Below the pieces are notes generated by a model. The model worked only from the letters and a program-made list of their open reading frames with translations, made no database searches and was not told the DNA's origin. Made by a program: the position numbers and the translations under genes. Shown one piece after another: positions 1 to 13,230 of a stretch of DNA of 49,476 nucleotides. Source of the DNA: Octopus bimaculoides (lineage: Eukaryota); assembly GCF_001194135.2 (NCBI RefSeq), contig NC_068981.1, positions 66,908,417-66,957,892 on the forward strand, written 5' to 3'. Position 1 is the first letter of the stretch. Each line of letters begins with the position of its first letter.

Positions 1-769
1 GGTGTTTATAATTGGTCGTTCCAAGCATAGAGTCTTGCAAACGGTGTTATTCGATCGAGGGTTTTTTTTTGAAGTGACTTAAAAGTTGGGAATATGTTTG
101 TAAGGTCAAATCAGAAACAGGAAGAGAAAATAAAAAGGGAGAGAGACAATAAACAAGTGAAGAAAGAGAAGGTGTGTTAGCTAGGGGTCAGGATAAAACG
201 ATAGAAGGAATGGAGAGGTGAGAGGGAGAGAGAGAGAGGAAAAAATGAGAGCGTAAAGAGTAAAAGAGTGTGAGGTATGTTAGCAGGGGTGTTGTGACAG
301 AGCTTAAGGGATGGGCATAGAAAGTGTAGAGAGAAGTAAAATTGAGGTGGAATGAAGAAGAAATGTCAAGTTGCTTAAATGAACAGGTTAGTGGTGAGTA
401 GAAGAGGAATTGAAGAATTTATATCTGTGAAGACGTATACACACATACGTATCCACACATGTATATAGACATTTACATACATCAATTCATATATACGCAT
501 ACAAACTCTTGTGTTTTACATGCATTCACGCTTATACACGCTCATTTATATCTCTTTTTGTATATATAAATTCTTACATACATAATTTAATGCATGTAGA
601 CTCACACACGCGCTTAAATGTATGCAAGTGTATGCATACACACATGCACACACACACACGCGCACGCACACACTCGCACGCACACGCGCGCACGCACACA
701 CACAGAGAGGCAGGTATACGTACATATATATATCTACACATACTCATATACAAATCCGTACTTATATAA

Positions 770-1383
770 AACATATATACCTATAATCATACATACTCAA
801 ATGTACCCGCTTGCATGCTCATATATGCATACATACAAACGTATATACACACATACATATATATACATATACATACATATATACATACACATATATATAT
901 ACATTTACACCTACATACATTCACACACATAATTCCTCTATCATACTTGAGGATCACGATCATTTAATTATATAATTGTATATGTATATATGTGCGTATG
1001 TATGTATGTATGTGCGTATGTATGTATGTATGTATGTATGTATGTATGTATGTATGCGTGGTGTATGTACATATAAGTAGAGGTGTGATAATAGATATGG
1101 ATACACGTATGTATGAGTTTGTGTATATACGTGAATGTGTATATATCTCTTATATATGTATATATATGTGTACGTGTGAGTGTATGTATGTATTATATAT
1201 ACGTATATATATATGTATGTATAAACATATATATGTGTGTGTGCGTATGCATATTTATATGTATATATGTGTATGTATATATGTACATGTATATATGTAT
1301 GTGTGTATATACGTGTGTATGTATGCATATATGAACATGCATGCGGGTACATGTAAATATATATGATTATAGGTATAGATATT
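770..1383. mobile_element. MITE/foldback-like insertion with long microsatellite-rich TIRs, flanked by TTATATAA duplication
   Basis: The start (aacatatatacctataatcatacatactcaaatgtacccgcttgcatgctc) mirrors the end (gaacatgcatgcgggtacatgtaaatatatatgattataggtatagatatt). TTATATAA lies at 762-769 and 1384-1391. The paralogous right arm has the empty site (cttatataggatcc on the minus strand near 2055-2065). Confidence 0.7.
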
Positions 1384-1650
1384 TTATATAAGGGATATTT
1401 GGGGTTTGACGGGCAACATTTGTTTTCTTAACGAAACACTTCAAACTTGGGACACTGGTAGAATGTGTCATATAAAACAGCTTCTCTTAACCTTCTTAAC
1501 AAAAAATTGTACATCGCAAGTTATTTCATGTTAAAGTTGTTGTATTTCTGTGATTTCAACCAATCACTGACGTCTATTCAGCTGTATACAGTTACTGCTG
1601 TTCGGTGTCAAGTGTGTTATTCCCTGTTTAATTATATCATTATTCCCTAG

Positions 1651-1865
1651 TAAGGGTTTAGGGTTTTAGGGTTAGGGTTCGGGTTTTAGGGTTAGGGTTC
1701 GGGTTTTAGGGTTAGGGTTCAGGTTTTATTGTTAGGGTTTTAGGGTTAGGGTTGGGGTTAGGGTTAGGGTTAGGGTTATGGTTATGAGTTATAGGGTTAG
1801 AGTTAAGGTTATGGCAAAAATAATCATAACCCTAACCGTAATCCTAAAACTAACCCTAACTCTAA
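1651..1865. repeat. Degenerate interstitial telomeric repeat, head-to-head (TTAGGG)n then (CCCTAA)n
   Basis: G-rich TTAGGG variants at 1651-1814 include three exact 20-mers gggttttagggttagggttc (1661-1720). A short spacer is followed by C-rich cataaccctaacc...taaccctaac at 1825-1865 and a 10-N gap. Confidence 0.9.
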
Positions 1866-2118
1866 NNNNNNNNNNTCAATAGACGTCAGTGATTGGTTGA
1901 AATTACCGAAATACGACAATTTTTTACATAAAATAACTTCGAATACAAATTTTTTTATCTGTTTTATACCACAAAATATACAAATATTCGAAGTTTGAAA
2001 GTGTTTCGGTACCAAAAACACTACAAAAAGAATGTTGCCCGTCAAAACCCAAGGATCCTATATAAGTAAAGATTTGTATATGAGCATGTATAGATATATA
2101 TATGTACGCATACCTGCA

Positions 2119-2165
<47 letters not shown>

Positions 2166-3064
2166 GTGTGCGCGCGCGTATGTATACACTTGCATACATT
2201 TATGCGCGTGTGTAAGTCTGTATGCATGCATTTATGTATGCAAGAATTTATATATACAAGAATAAATACAAATGAGTGTGTATATGCGTGAATGTGTGTA
2301 AAATACAAAAGTTTGTAAGCGCATATATGCGTTGGTATATGTAAATGTCTATATACATATGTGGTTACGTATGTGTGTATATATCTTTACAGATATGAAT
2401 TCTTTATTTCTTCTACTACTCACCAATAACCTGTCCATTTAAGAAACTTAACATTTCTTCTTCATTCTTCATTCCACATCAATTTTACTACCCTTTCCTT
2501 CTCTCTACACTTTCTATGTCCATCCCTTAAGCTCTGTCACAACACCCCTGCTAACATACCTCACACTCTTTTACTCTTTGCGCTCTCATTTCTTCCTCTC
2601 TCCTTCCCCATCACCCCTCCCTTCCTTCTGTCATTTTATCCTGACCACTAGCTAACACACCTCCTTCATCACTTGTTTATTGTTTCTCACCCCTTTTTTC
2701 TCTTCCAGTCTCTGATTTGACCTTACAAACACATTCTGAACTTTTAAGTCACTTCAAAAATAAACCCTCAATCGAATAACACCGTTTGTAAGACTCTATG
2801 CTTGGAACGACCAATTATAAATAGCATTGGAACTCACACACAAGGTGCAGGAAACTTATATATATACACCATTCTGCTTAAATAATGGAACTGCAAATAC
2901 AATATCCATACGTATCTCACGTCTGCTTTCATTCCTCCACTTCACTCTGTATTTCATAAACAAACATCGTAGCGTTGAAGCTGGAATATTTAAAAAAAAC
3001 AAAAAACATATGTAAATAATCCGATAGAATAAGTAATGTTGTTAAGGTAAAATGTTGATGGTAA

Positions 3065-3158
3065 TCCTCTTACGGCCGTTTCAGCGGTACAGTAATCCAT
3101 GTATTTTAAGAGTGCTTTCATTCCGAAAATTGGATACTACCTCCTTCGTCAGAGCGAA
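3065..3158 (-). ncRNA. Type I hammerhead ribozyme motif (PLE-type)
   Basis: Minus strand: TTCGCT-CTGACGA-AGGAGGTAGTATCCA[31 nt]TGGATTACTGTACCGCT-GAAAC-GGCC-GTA-AGAGGA. It has an intact core, GUA cleavage triplet, palindromic helix III and imperfect helices I and II. Confidence 0.7.
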
Positions 3159-3159
3159 T

Positions 3160-3545
3160 CTTATTCAGGGTTTCATATCTCGTGCTATGTTGTACTGGGT
3201 AAAATGAGATTTAGTTGTATATGAAGGTGCAGTTGTTAAGAGGAGGATGAAATGTTATAACAGGAGTTATGGGAAATGCGATTTAGGGAATGTTATAAAT
3301 GTTAAGCAGGTATTAATTGGTCAGTTATGAAGTTACAGGATGGCAGGAGTACAGGGTTAATCGAAATATAGATAATTAAACAATAAATGGTTAATTTCTT
3401 AAGTTTTAGCAAAATATTCAAATGTTGAACAATATCTATGGTTACAGGAAAATATAGCATCCGAAAACTTATTTAATGATGTAGTCCCATATCGGCGAAA
3501 GGATTTTCATGGAGTCTTTAATACACAATTTACATACACGTGTAA
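3160..3545 (-). mobile_element. Penelope-like element remnant adjoining the hammerhead
   Basis: The degenerate minus-strand translation includes NHRYCS...PITPVITFHPPL, resembling the PLE RT C-terminal/linker motifs (RICS...IPLVITYHP). It lies next to a PLE-type hammerhead. Confidence 0.4.
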
Positions 3546-3667
3546 TTGTATTGAATGGGGGTGCTTCTGCTGTTACTAACCAAGATAATGAGTATTGTAT
3601 ATTTATTTTTCAGTTCAAGTTCTTATATATACGAAGCTAGCTTTGTAGAAGATTTATATTTTGCGGT

Positions 3668-3670
<3 letters not shown>

Positions 3671-3745
<75 letters not shown>

Positions 3746-3813
3746 NNNNNNNNNNNNNNNNNNNNNNNNNNNNNNNNNNNNNNNNNNNNNNNNNNNNNNN
3801 NNNNNNNNNNNNN

Positions 3814-3860
<47 letters not shown>
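3671..3860. repeat. (CA)n and (TA)n microsatellites flanking an N gap
   Basis: Direct reading. Confidence 0.95.
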
Positions 3861-3868
<8 letters not shown>

Positions 3869-4269
3869 ATATATATATTACGGCCAGATCGATAGTCTCT
3901 CTTACACTTGCATTTCTTATCTTTTCTACTTTAGCTATGTTTAATTCATTCTCTATGACTGCAGTCTTCTAGAACTATTTTCGTTTATTTTATAGAATCG
4001 TCTTAAAAAAAAAATTCAAACTGGACATTAAAAGTAGTCACCTTAACCATCAGTTTAAAAGAACCATTAAAATCTACGAACATAGTAGAAAAATATATCT
4101 CTCTTTAAAATTTTGTGTTACATGGAATATAGACAGTAGCTAGCTGACTATACATTTTACAGCGTCAACATTTCAAGAATTATTTTTTTTTATCCATATT
4201 GTTACCTAGATAGTTATGTATACGAGGTTATATTATTTTACATAAAAGGTTAATATAGATTTGAATTCA

Positions 4270-4612
4270 AAGCTGGAGATTGTTCAGCTGTATCATGGCA
4301 ATGGTGACACTGCAACAGCAGAAAATGCACGTTTATACGAAGTGCCATAGCTTTCATAATATATTTTTTTCCAATTTATGTACTATATCGAGCTTGATTA
4401 AACACTTTGAAGAAAATTAAAAGCCATCATAAAAGCCACTCAGCTGGACGACCTTCACTTGAAGATGATAGAATTATTGTTGTGAAAGAATCATTAGAAA
4501 GACTACAAAGTGAAAGTCCATTTTGACATGACAGCACCTCATAAATTTCACTTAATACAAGGATTCCATAATGAAGTATTTGCAAGAGTTTTGCATAATG
4601 ACGATTATGCAA

Positions 4613-4646
<34 letters not shown>

Positions 4647-4648
4647 GC

Positions 4649-4712
<64 letters not shown>

Positions 4713-4900
4713 TATTTTAAAAAGAAAACGACAGTAACAGCTAACTGAAGCTCTAGAAAAAAGATAATGGTAAAAAAATTTTTTTGAAACTGAAACAATG
4801 TTTTTTTTTTAGGCTGAAAGGAATACATTTTCAAAAATTGAACTTTACAACGCTGTTCAAAATTCAGAATGCTGTGCAGTATAGATTACAGAAAGAAGAT
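4270..4900 (+). pseudogene. Degenerate Tc1/mariner-superfamily (DUF4817 HTH type) transposase remnant interrupted by (CAA)n
   Basis: Frameshifted pieces KLEIVQLYHGNGDTATA / TISSLIKHFEE / AGRPSLEDDRIIVVKESL / PHKFHLIQ match the HTH...GRP...PYKIQLVQ motif order of this family. Multiple stop codons. Confidence 0.55.
4612..4711. repeat. (CAA)n microsatellite
   Basis: Direct reading; it generates the spurious poly-Q and poly-V ORFs. Confidence 0.95.
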
Positions 4901-5695
4901 AGAATATTAATAGACTATTTATTATAATAACATCACCAACCCATTGTCGTTGCTTTGATTTTAGTAAATTATGAAGAGTTGAATTTTGTGTGGACAATGA
5001 TAAGAAGCAAATTAAAAATTGTAATCATATCAGCTTGCTCTGAATATTTGTCAATATATCTATCTATAGACTGTGACAAACATACATACCGCATAGTTGG
5101 AGTGTCCTTGGGAACAAATTTTTCGAATACTAGTAGTTACATTTTTTTTTCTTATTGTTATTATGTCAGGTATTATTGTCTTCATTTTGTATGTATTATA
5201 TTTAAAATATATTGATATTAAGCTATTCAAGCTATCCTATTAGCATTACTCTTTTCTAATGCAGTGTCTCTTTCTCAAAATATCTCCTGTCTTATCAGTT
5301 CTACGTTCAATATTTGTATATTTTCTTCCCCTACTACATCTTTTTTTCTTTTAATAATATTCTAATTTTAATGTGGTGGCGTAAGAACTCAACATAAAAA
5401 TAACAGGGGAACAAATATTTGTACAACGATTATCTCTTGTCTTCCATTGTAAACAACCAAGACACTTCAATTAAATCACTGGTAGCTGTGCATATGCCTT
5501 TCTACATAAAATCGCACAAGCGCATACACACAAGAATATGTATATGTACATATACATAAATATATCTATATGTACATATATATATATATACAGGTACATT
5601 TATGTTTGTATGCGAGTGTGTGTATACGTATATGGGATTCCTAGGTCTTAAATTGCATGCATAAATGTATAAATGTTGTGTATATATATATACAT

Positions 5696-5756
<61 letters not shown>

Positions 5757-6508
5757 CGTGCATACATAGACAATACAGCTGTATATATATATATATATAT
5801 ATATATANNNNNNNNNNNNNNNNNNNNNNNNNNNNNNNNNNNNNNNNNNNNNNNNNNNNNNNNNNNNNNNNNNNNNNNNNNNNNNNNNNNNNNNNNNNNN
5901 NNNNNNNNNNNNNNNNNNNNNNNNNNNNNNNNNNNNNNNNNNNNNNNNNNNNNNNNNNNNNNNNNNNNNNNNNNNNNNNNNNNNNNNNNNNNNNNNNNNN
6001 NNNNNNNNNNNNNNNNNNNNNNNNNNNNNNNNNNNNNNNNNNNNNNNNNNNNNNNNNNNNNNNNNNNNNNNNNNNNNNNNNNNNNNNNNNNNNNNNNNNN
6101 NNNNNNNNNNNNNNNNNNATATATATATATATGTGCATATATATAATGTATATCTCTAAACAATACAAAGATTAACACAAATAAAAACAACAGCAATGAG
6201 CTCATACCCCCCACCTTTCCATACACATATACACGTTCATAGTTACACCTAAATTTCAATTCCCCAAATATAGCCTCATAAATATGCATCGACACTCGCA
6301 CAAATGTATAATAATACCTATTCATATTCAAACGCGTACATTTTATCTGATTGAATTTCTTACCCTCTATCTATGCCCCTTTTCTCTCCGTGTCTGTGCT
6401 TCCTTATGTACATACACACACGCATACATACATACATACATCTATCCATCCATACATCCATACATACACACGCACAGACACAGGCACACACACACACACA
6501 CACACACG

Positions 6509-6542
<34 letters not shown>

Positions 6543-8992
6543 CACACAAACATATATATANNNNNNNNNNNNNNNNNNNNNNNNNNNNNNNNNNNNNNNN
6601 NNNNNNNNNNNNNNNNNNNNNNNNNNNNNNNNNNNNNNNNNNNNNNNNNNNNNNNNNNNNNNNNNNNNNNNNNNNNNNNNNNNNNNNNNNNNNNNNNNNN
6701 NNNNNNNNNNNNNNNNNNNNNNNNNNNNNNNNNNNNNNNNNNNNNNNNNNNNNNNNNNNNNNNNNNNNNNNNNNNNNNNNNNNNNNNNNNNNNNNNNNNN
6801 NNNNNNNNNNNNNNNNNNNNNNNNNNNNNNNNNNNNNNNNNNNNNNNNNNNNTATATATACGTATAAATGAATGTTTGCATGTATGAACTATATATTTAT
6901 ATATTCAGGCTGAAGAAAGTATACAATATATTGAGACTGAAAAAAGGAATACTCAAAGAGGTGTGGAGAGTGCAAAATATCGGAAGGCTGGGAACAATGG
7001 AGAGTTGGTTTATGAGTGAGAACTAAAAGATATCTGATTTCTAGGTAAGTGACTAGAACCATAGTAAGGGGCTAAGTAAATTAAGAGAAGGATAGTATTC
7101 AATTTGTTGAAGGCATGATTATATTGAGATGACCAAAAAGTTCGTTCGGTTTTTGTCGACGTTAAACTACAATCACTCTAATGAATTATTGAATTGACAG
7201 ACGTCCAAGAATATGTAAAAATTCACCTGGAAGAGGGTTTTGCCAGTAAAAACAGAACATCCTTTGAGCAAGAAGGAAGGGATTTATCCATAAGATGTGA
7301 CGCAAAACGGTTGAATATTTCGTTTTGTGTCTAAACTTAATACTTTTAAAGAATTTGGATAATAACTCCGTAATGAAATATCACCTATATAAAAGCTACG
7401 AAAGGGGAAAGTGATCTTTGTGTAGAAATTTAAAGATAATAGTTATTTGGTATACTGCTATTTAAAAACTTGGGAACAATAACGACTAAGAGGTGGTTTC
7501 ACATTCTTCAAAATCCAGGATCTCACTATCAGATGCAGTTGCACCTGTCAGGTTTCCAGCTATGAGATGTATGTAACGTTGAAATTATGGGATGAGTATT
7601 GTGGATGTGAACTATTTCGGCAGATGAATTTTTTGCGTCATTGAAAAACATTAGTAGATGCTGAGCAGATGAAAAGACAACAAATTGTCAACGGCTAGGA
7701 CAAATCAAATCAAATATTGAATTATTTCTAGTATTTGTGGCCGTAACGCAGATGATATATTGCCGCGAGGGAAAACCAAAGTGACTAAAGCCAGAGCCCA
7801 GACGTTCATGCCGCATCGTTCGATCGTGATATCTGTATGGAAGTGTAGCATTGGTCTGGGTAAGTCGCCTAACCAGTTGATGATGATTATTTAAGGTGTT
7901 TGGAAGAAAAGGAGTGAGTGTAAACCTTAAATGCAATTGTAAAAGCGAAATATAGATATAACCAAAGATAAAGAGTAAGTTAAAATACGTTAGACTTAAC
8001 GGGATTTTGTAGGTGACCTAACAAAGTAGTGTAAAATCGTACTAATTTCAGTAATGTTGTTAGATAGCAATTTGTCAATTGAAATGGATGAAATTATAGG
8101 CAACGATGCTGTTATATTGTGAAGGAATAGTAAAAATCAAAATAGCTAAAGGGAATGAAACTATAATATTTAAATACAACGAGGAAAAGTGAAATCTGCT
8201 GCTATAAAAAATTGTTGATCATGAAAAAATAATTACCATCTACTATTTCTTCCAATATAAGGAGATTTTATAAAAAAATATTTGAGTATTTACAATGATT
8301 AGGGAGAAAGGAGTGTAAATTCCAGTAGGAAATAAGATAAAAGGAAATTAGGCATTTTAATGAAATATAGGTAACCTAAAATGAATGCATTAAAATGACT
8401 AAGTTATTATTAATTCACTTTATTGTGACACTGGAGTTGTGTAATAAAGAAACGTCAACGATGCTGAAGTAATGTAAAATATACAGTAAAAAATAAGCTC
8501 AAATATTCTCTTCGTTAGCTGTAAGGTTAAAAAAAGACGATGAAATTGGAAGGAAGTGGAAAAAAGTTGGTAGAATCCTCTGTTTGCAAAAGTAACAGGC
8601 TTCCGATATTTAAGTGATTCAAATATTTCGCAGCATTTTGCAGAACGAAGTTGTCTAACCTAAAATGTTTGTATGTATGTATGTATGTATCTATCTATCT
8701 CTGTCTCTCTCTTTCTACGAACACACAGATACACACACAAATTTTGAAAACTAGAGAATCTTTAAACTAACATTACTTAAAAAATATTTTTGTATTTTAT
8801 TTTATTTCATGCTTGTTTCTATTCTTCAATTCATCATATTTCATATAATGGTTTAAATTCGCTCTTTTTTCCTCAAACGCTTGAAATAATTTAAATATTA
8901 ACTATATAATAACAGCAATATTAAAAATTATCAGTATAAAAGAAATTTTCCATTTCACTAATTTTTCTGCAGGCGGCATATCTCGGCGAATG

Positions 8993-9145
<153 letters not shown>

Positions 9146-9373
9146 TTGAATTTACCATTTTAATCCAGTCTAAACTTTATAAATATTTAAAATTAATTGT
9201 CTCTCCACATTATTTTTTAAATTGACAAGTTGTAATAGTTCCTGTAGCTAATTGAGAAGACGCTTCGCTGAACTGTTATCTACGGTTTCCTCCACTTCGT
9301 TACTTCTTTTCTTCCTTGCTATATCTCTTTACGCCTATCTTCTTACCTACCCCTAAATATAAGCATTCAAGCA

Positions 9374-9410
<37 letters not shown>

Positions 9411-9570
9411 ATCTGTCTACCTATTATATATATGTAGATAGGTACATACATAATACACATATAATAATGTATGCATATATGTATATTCATTTATGTACAG
9501 CTCCGTATATAGATTTTCAGGATTAAATAAAAAGACAACAAACGAAAAATATGACGTACCTGTGTGTGTA

Positions 9571-9605
<35 letters not shown>

Positions 9606-9630
9606 GTACTTGTATATGCATGTATGTATG

Positions 9631-9661
<31 letters not shown>

Positions 9662-10560
9662 NNNNNNNNNNNNNNNNNNNNNNNNNNNNNNNNNNNNNNN
9701 NNNNNNNNNNNNNNNNNNNNNNNNNNNNNNNNNNNNNNNNNNNNNNNNNNNNNNNNNNNNNNNNNNNNNNNNNNNNNNNNNNNNNNNNNNNNNNNNNNNN
9801 NNNNNNNNNNNNNNNNNNNNNNNNNNNNNNNNNNNNNNNNNNNNNNNNNNNNNNNNNNNNNNNNNNNNNNNNNNNNNNNNNNNNNNNNNNNNNNNNNNNN
9901 NNNNNNNNNNNNNNNNNNNNNNNNNNNNNNNNNNNNNNNNNNNNNNNNNNNNNNNNNNNNNNNNNNNNNNNNNNNNNNNNNNNNNNNNNNNNNNNNNNNN
10001 NNNNNNNNNNNNNNNNNNNNNNNNNNNNNNNNNNNNNNNNNNNNNNNNNNNNNNNNNNNNNNNNNNNNNNNNNNNNNNNNNNNNNNNNNNNNNNNNNNNN
10101 NNNNNNNNNNNNNNNNNNNNNNNNNNNNNNNNNNNNNNNNNNNNNNNNNNNNNNNNNNNNNNNNNNNNNNNNNNNNNNNNNNNNNNNNNNNNNNNNNNNN
10201 NNNNNNNNNNNNNNNNNNNNNNNNNNNNNNNNNNNNNNNNNNNNNNNNNNNNNNNNNNNNNNNNNNNNNNNNNNNNNNNNNNNNNNNNNNNNNNNNNNNN
10301 NNNNNNNNNNNNNNNNNNNNNNNNNNNNNNNNNNNNNNNNNNNNNNNNNNNNNNNNNNNNNNNNNNNNNNNNNNNNNNNNNNNNNNNNNNNNNNNNNNNN
10401 NNNNNNNNNNNNNNNNNNNNNNNNNNNNNNNNNNNNNNNNNNNNNNNNNNNNNNTATACATATATATATATATACATATATATACACCCGTATCTGTTTA
10501 CACTTACCTTTGTCGTTACCTTTACATATATGCATATTTATATGTATATATGTATGAAAA

Positions 10561-10607
<47 letters not shown>

Positions 10608-11713
10608 ACACATACCATTTTATATGCAATACTTATATAATTGTGCATATACGTAGATGTATATACAAACATACACTCACACACATACGCAAACACATAT
10701 GTATACTCACTCACACACACACACACACACACATACGAGCAGAAACATAGAAACTCACATTATACACTAGTATTTCTACGTGCTAACTCTTACATACTGA
10801 ATGCAATGGAAGAAAATCTGAAGGAAAATCTGACTGTTCAGACTGAAAGAATCAGAAACTGATATGGAAGGTGTCAAGTTTTCTTTTTTTACTTTCTCAT
10901 TCGCTACCACTGTCCATTAAATCATGATATTGTGACTGACATACATAACAATCTTAAATTTTGTCTTGGGAGAATTTTTCTTTTACTTTTGTTACTATTA
11001 CTTTAGGAAAGAAATACATCATATCCTGTTCCACTCTTCGCTATTCACTTATTTTAGTGATAGAAGGAAAATATATAAGGAAGAAAGTTAGGGACGATAT
11101 TAGGCTGAAACTAGATCTCAAAAAGAAATATAATTTCATTGCAGCTAGCTGTCACGTGCGAGTGAGTGTGATTTGGTGGTAAGTACAGTTCATTCGTTAA
11201 TTGTTTTAGGTGCCTATGTAGTTTCGAACAAACATAAATACCCTCTAGGCCCTTTCCTTCTGACCCTGTAGTTCATTAGGACTTTCTATGTGACAACTAG
11301 AGAGAGAAAGAAAGCTGCACCATCTATCACCAGGTTGGTAATCATTACAGCTGAGCAAACTGGAGTTACTTGAAGTGAATTGAAATGACTAAGAACTTTG
11401 CCTAACAAATTTTGCACTCACGGCCTTATGGTATGAACCCGACACAACAACAAGGCTATGCAACTCCACAACCAGATTTCTGTATTGAGCTAACGAGGAA
11501 GTATCTTCGTGATTACCCTTCGCCAAAAAAATAACAAAATAAAAAAACAAAAAACAACCCTCCCCCCAAAAAAACAAGAACAAAGAACAAAAACAGAAAG
11601 GAAAGCAGCCATGTCTCTTTCAAATCCCATTCTGTCGTTTTAAATAAGGAGATACATATTGACTAATACAATCTAATGTCTGAGAAAAAGCGACTACTGG
11701 ATTGCACGATGTG

Positions 11714-11725
11714 AACAACAACAGC

Positions 11726-11800
<75 letters not shown>

Positions 11801-11807
11801 AACAACA
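11714..11807. repeat. (CAA)n microsatellite
   Basis: Direct reading. Confidence 0.95.
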
Positions 11808-11999
11808 AAAACGTCGAGGTTTAAGTTTCAGACAATCAGCATTTTTATCTAACCATATACTCGGCTCTGTAGACGATGCTCATGATAACGATGATATCAA
11901 CATACAGTTGCATTATTATCCTCATTCCTCATATTTCTACAGACCAATATCATAATCATGATCACCATCGTAAACATGATGATCATTCTAATGACAATA

Positions 12000-13230
12000 A
12001 TCATCATAGTCATCTGGTAGCGTTCTTCTCTGAAAGCTAGTACTTTCTAGTTAATTACTTTTAGATCTAGTTTAGCTTGTATAAATATGGTTTCAGAGCA
12101 CTTTGATAATATATTTCGTTTGTTTGTTTCAGATACGTTTCTGGTTTCCATCTGTCAGTAGTTTCTGAATATCCATTTCAAAGTTATTTTTCAGAAAGTT
12201 TTCCATTTTATCTATGTTCGATTTCTTACTTATCAGAAGGGAAAACTACATCAGTATTTGTGAAAATAAAGAATTTTTACTCTACGATAATGTCCGTTAT
12301 ATTTGCCGTGTTGTGTTCATAACCCAAATCGTTTCTTTATGGCTCTAAATATATTCTATCCGTAGAAACCAATTACCACAGTTATGTGACGACAGAGCAT
12401 TATAATTGAGATTGTTTCAGTTTGCAGTTCATTAGTTAACAATTAGTTTCATGAAAATTGCATTAAGATGCATTTCGATATCAGGCCAATAACAGATTAA
12501 TCCCTAGTTCTCTTATTGTTTCCAGTGTTTGGTCTGGTTTATATCACCAGTGATATTAAGTAACCTATACACATATTGATATTAATGGACGTTGTGGATT
12601 TATAGATTTTAGTGTAGACGTTGTTATCCTCCAGTTCACTTTTTGTGTATATATTTCGTGTATATAGTCACGTCATCGTAAACTCGAACGTATTCTAATG
12701 AGGTTTATGTACAATAAACATTTAAAATATAGATTCGTTTCTCCATGAATTGATTTACTGGTCAGATTTAGTAAGCTAGCGTAACACATACACACACACA
12801 CACATACACACACATGCACACACACACACACACACACATTAATAATATATAAAGCACATATTTCTTATAATACATTGCAGGGAAGCAATACCACTAAGTT
12901 GAAATCGTATTGTTAACCATACTTTCATACAGCGCCCTTTTATCAAGACAGCTTAATATAACACGTCTTTGTCAATTTTGTGTTTAGCTCATTTCTTAGT
13001 TGGTATGTATTTTTTCTCTTCGCAGTTTATTTTTCTATAAGGTGTGTTTTCTGAGATTTATGTTGTTAGGATGTTTGCATTTTCGAAAGCTTGCATGATT
13101 ACTGAGCTTGTTTCATATAGACATTGTTTTAACTTCTTTATGTATGAAATAATAAATCTTTTTGTTGTATTTTCATGTTGTAATACTAAGTTGTTTTTAG
13201 AGTGTATGGCTATTTTGGGATGTTAGCGTC
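12000..13230 (-). mobile_element. Possible highly degenerate Penelope-like element (RT linker and GIY-YIG remnants)
   Basis: Minus-strand pieces FIISYIKKL...SVIMQAFENANI (~13050-13170) and IGFYG*NIFRAIKKR...ETIFIQ (~12050-12400) weakly resemble PLE ITLPYIKGL and YIG/GIY-YIG segments. Confidence 0.3.

Larger units (their letters stand above)
5..2821. repeat. Large inverted repeat / foldback structure (left arm ~5-769 plus ~1392-1590; right arm ~1876-2821)
   Basis: 2761-2821 (aaaccctcaatcgaataacaccgtttgtaagactctatgcttggaacgaccaattataaa) is the reverse complement of ~5-66. 1876-1904 (tcaatagacgtcagtgattggttgaaatt) mirrors ~1552-1580. Intervening blocks align in inverted order with roughly 80% identity by eye. 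Confidence 0.9.

Noticed and set aside
4510-4737. Poly-glutamine ORF
   Set aside because: It is a (CAA)n microsatellite inside a transposase pseudogene fragment.
5087-5484. Possible TIR pair (taccgcatagttggagtgtcc / gacacttcaattaaatcactggta)
   Set aside because: Similarity is too weak and short.
7000-7600. Possible Ty3/Gypsy pol remnant (FLG, TKKFVRFL, RCDA, RWFHILQ)
   Set aside because: The motifs are very degenerate and their spacing is about 30% shorter than expected; not supportable without a search.
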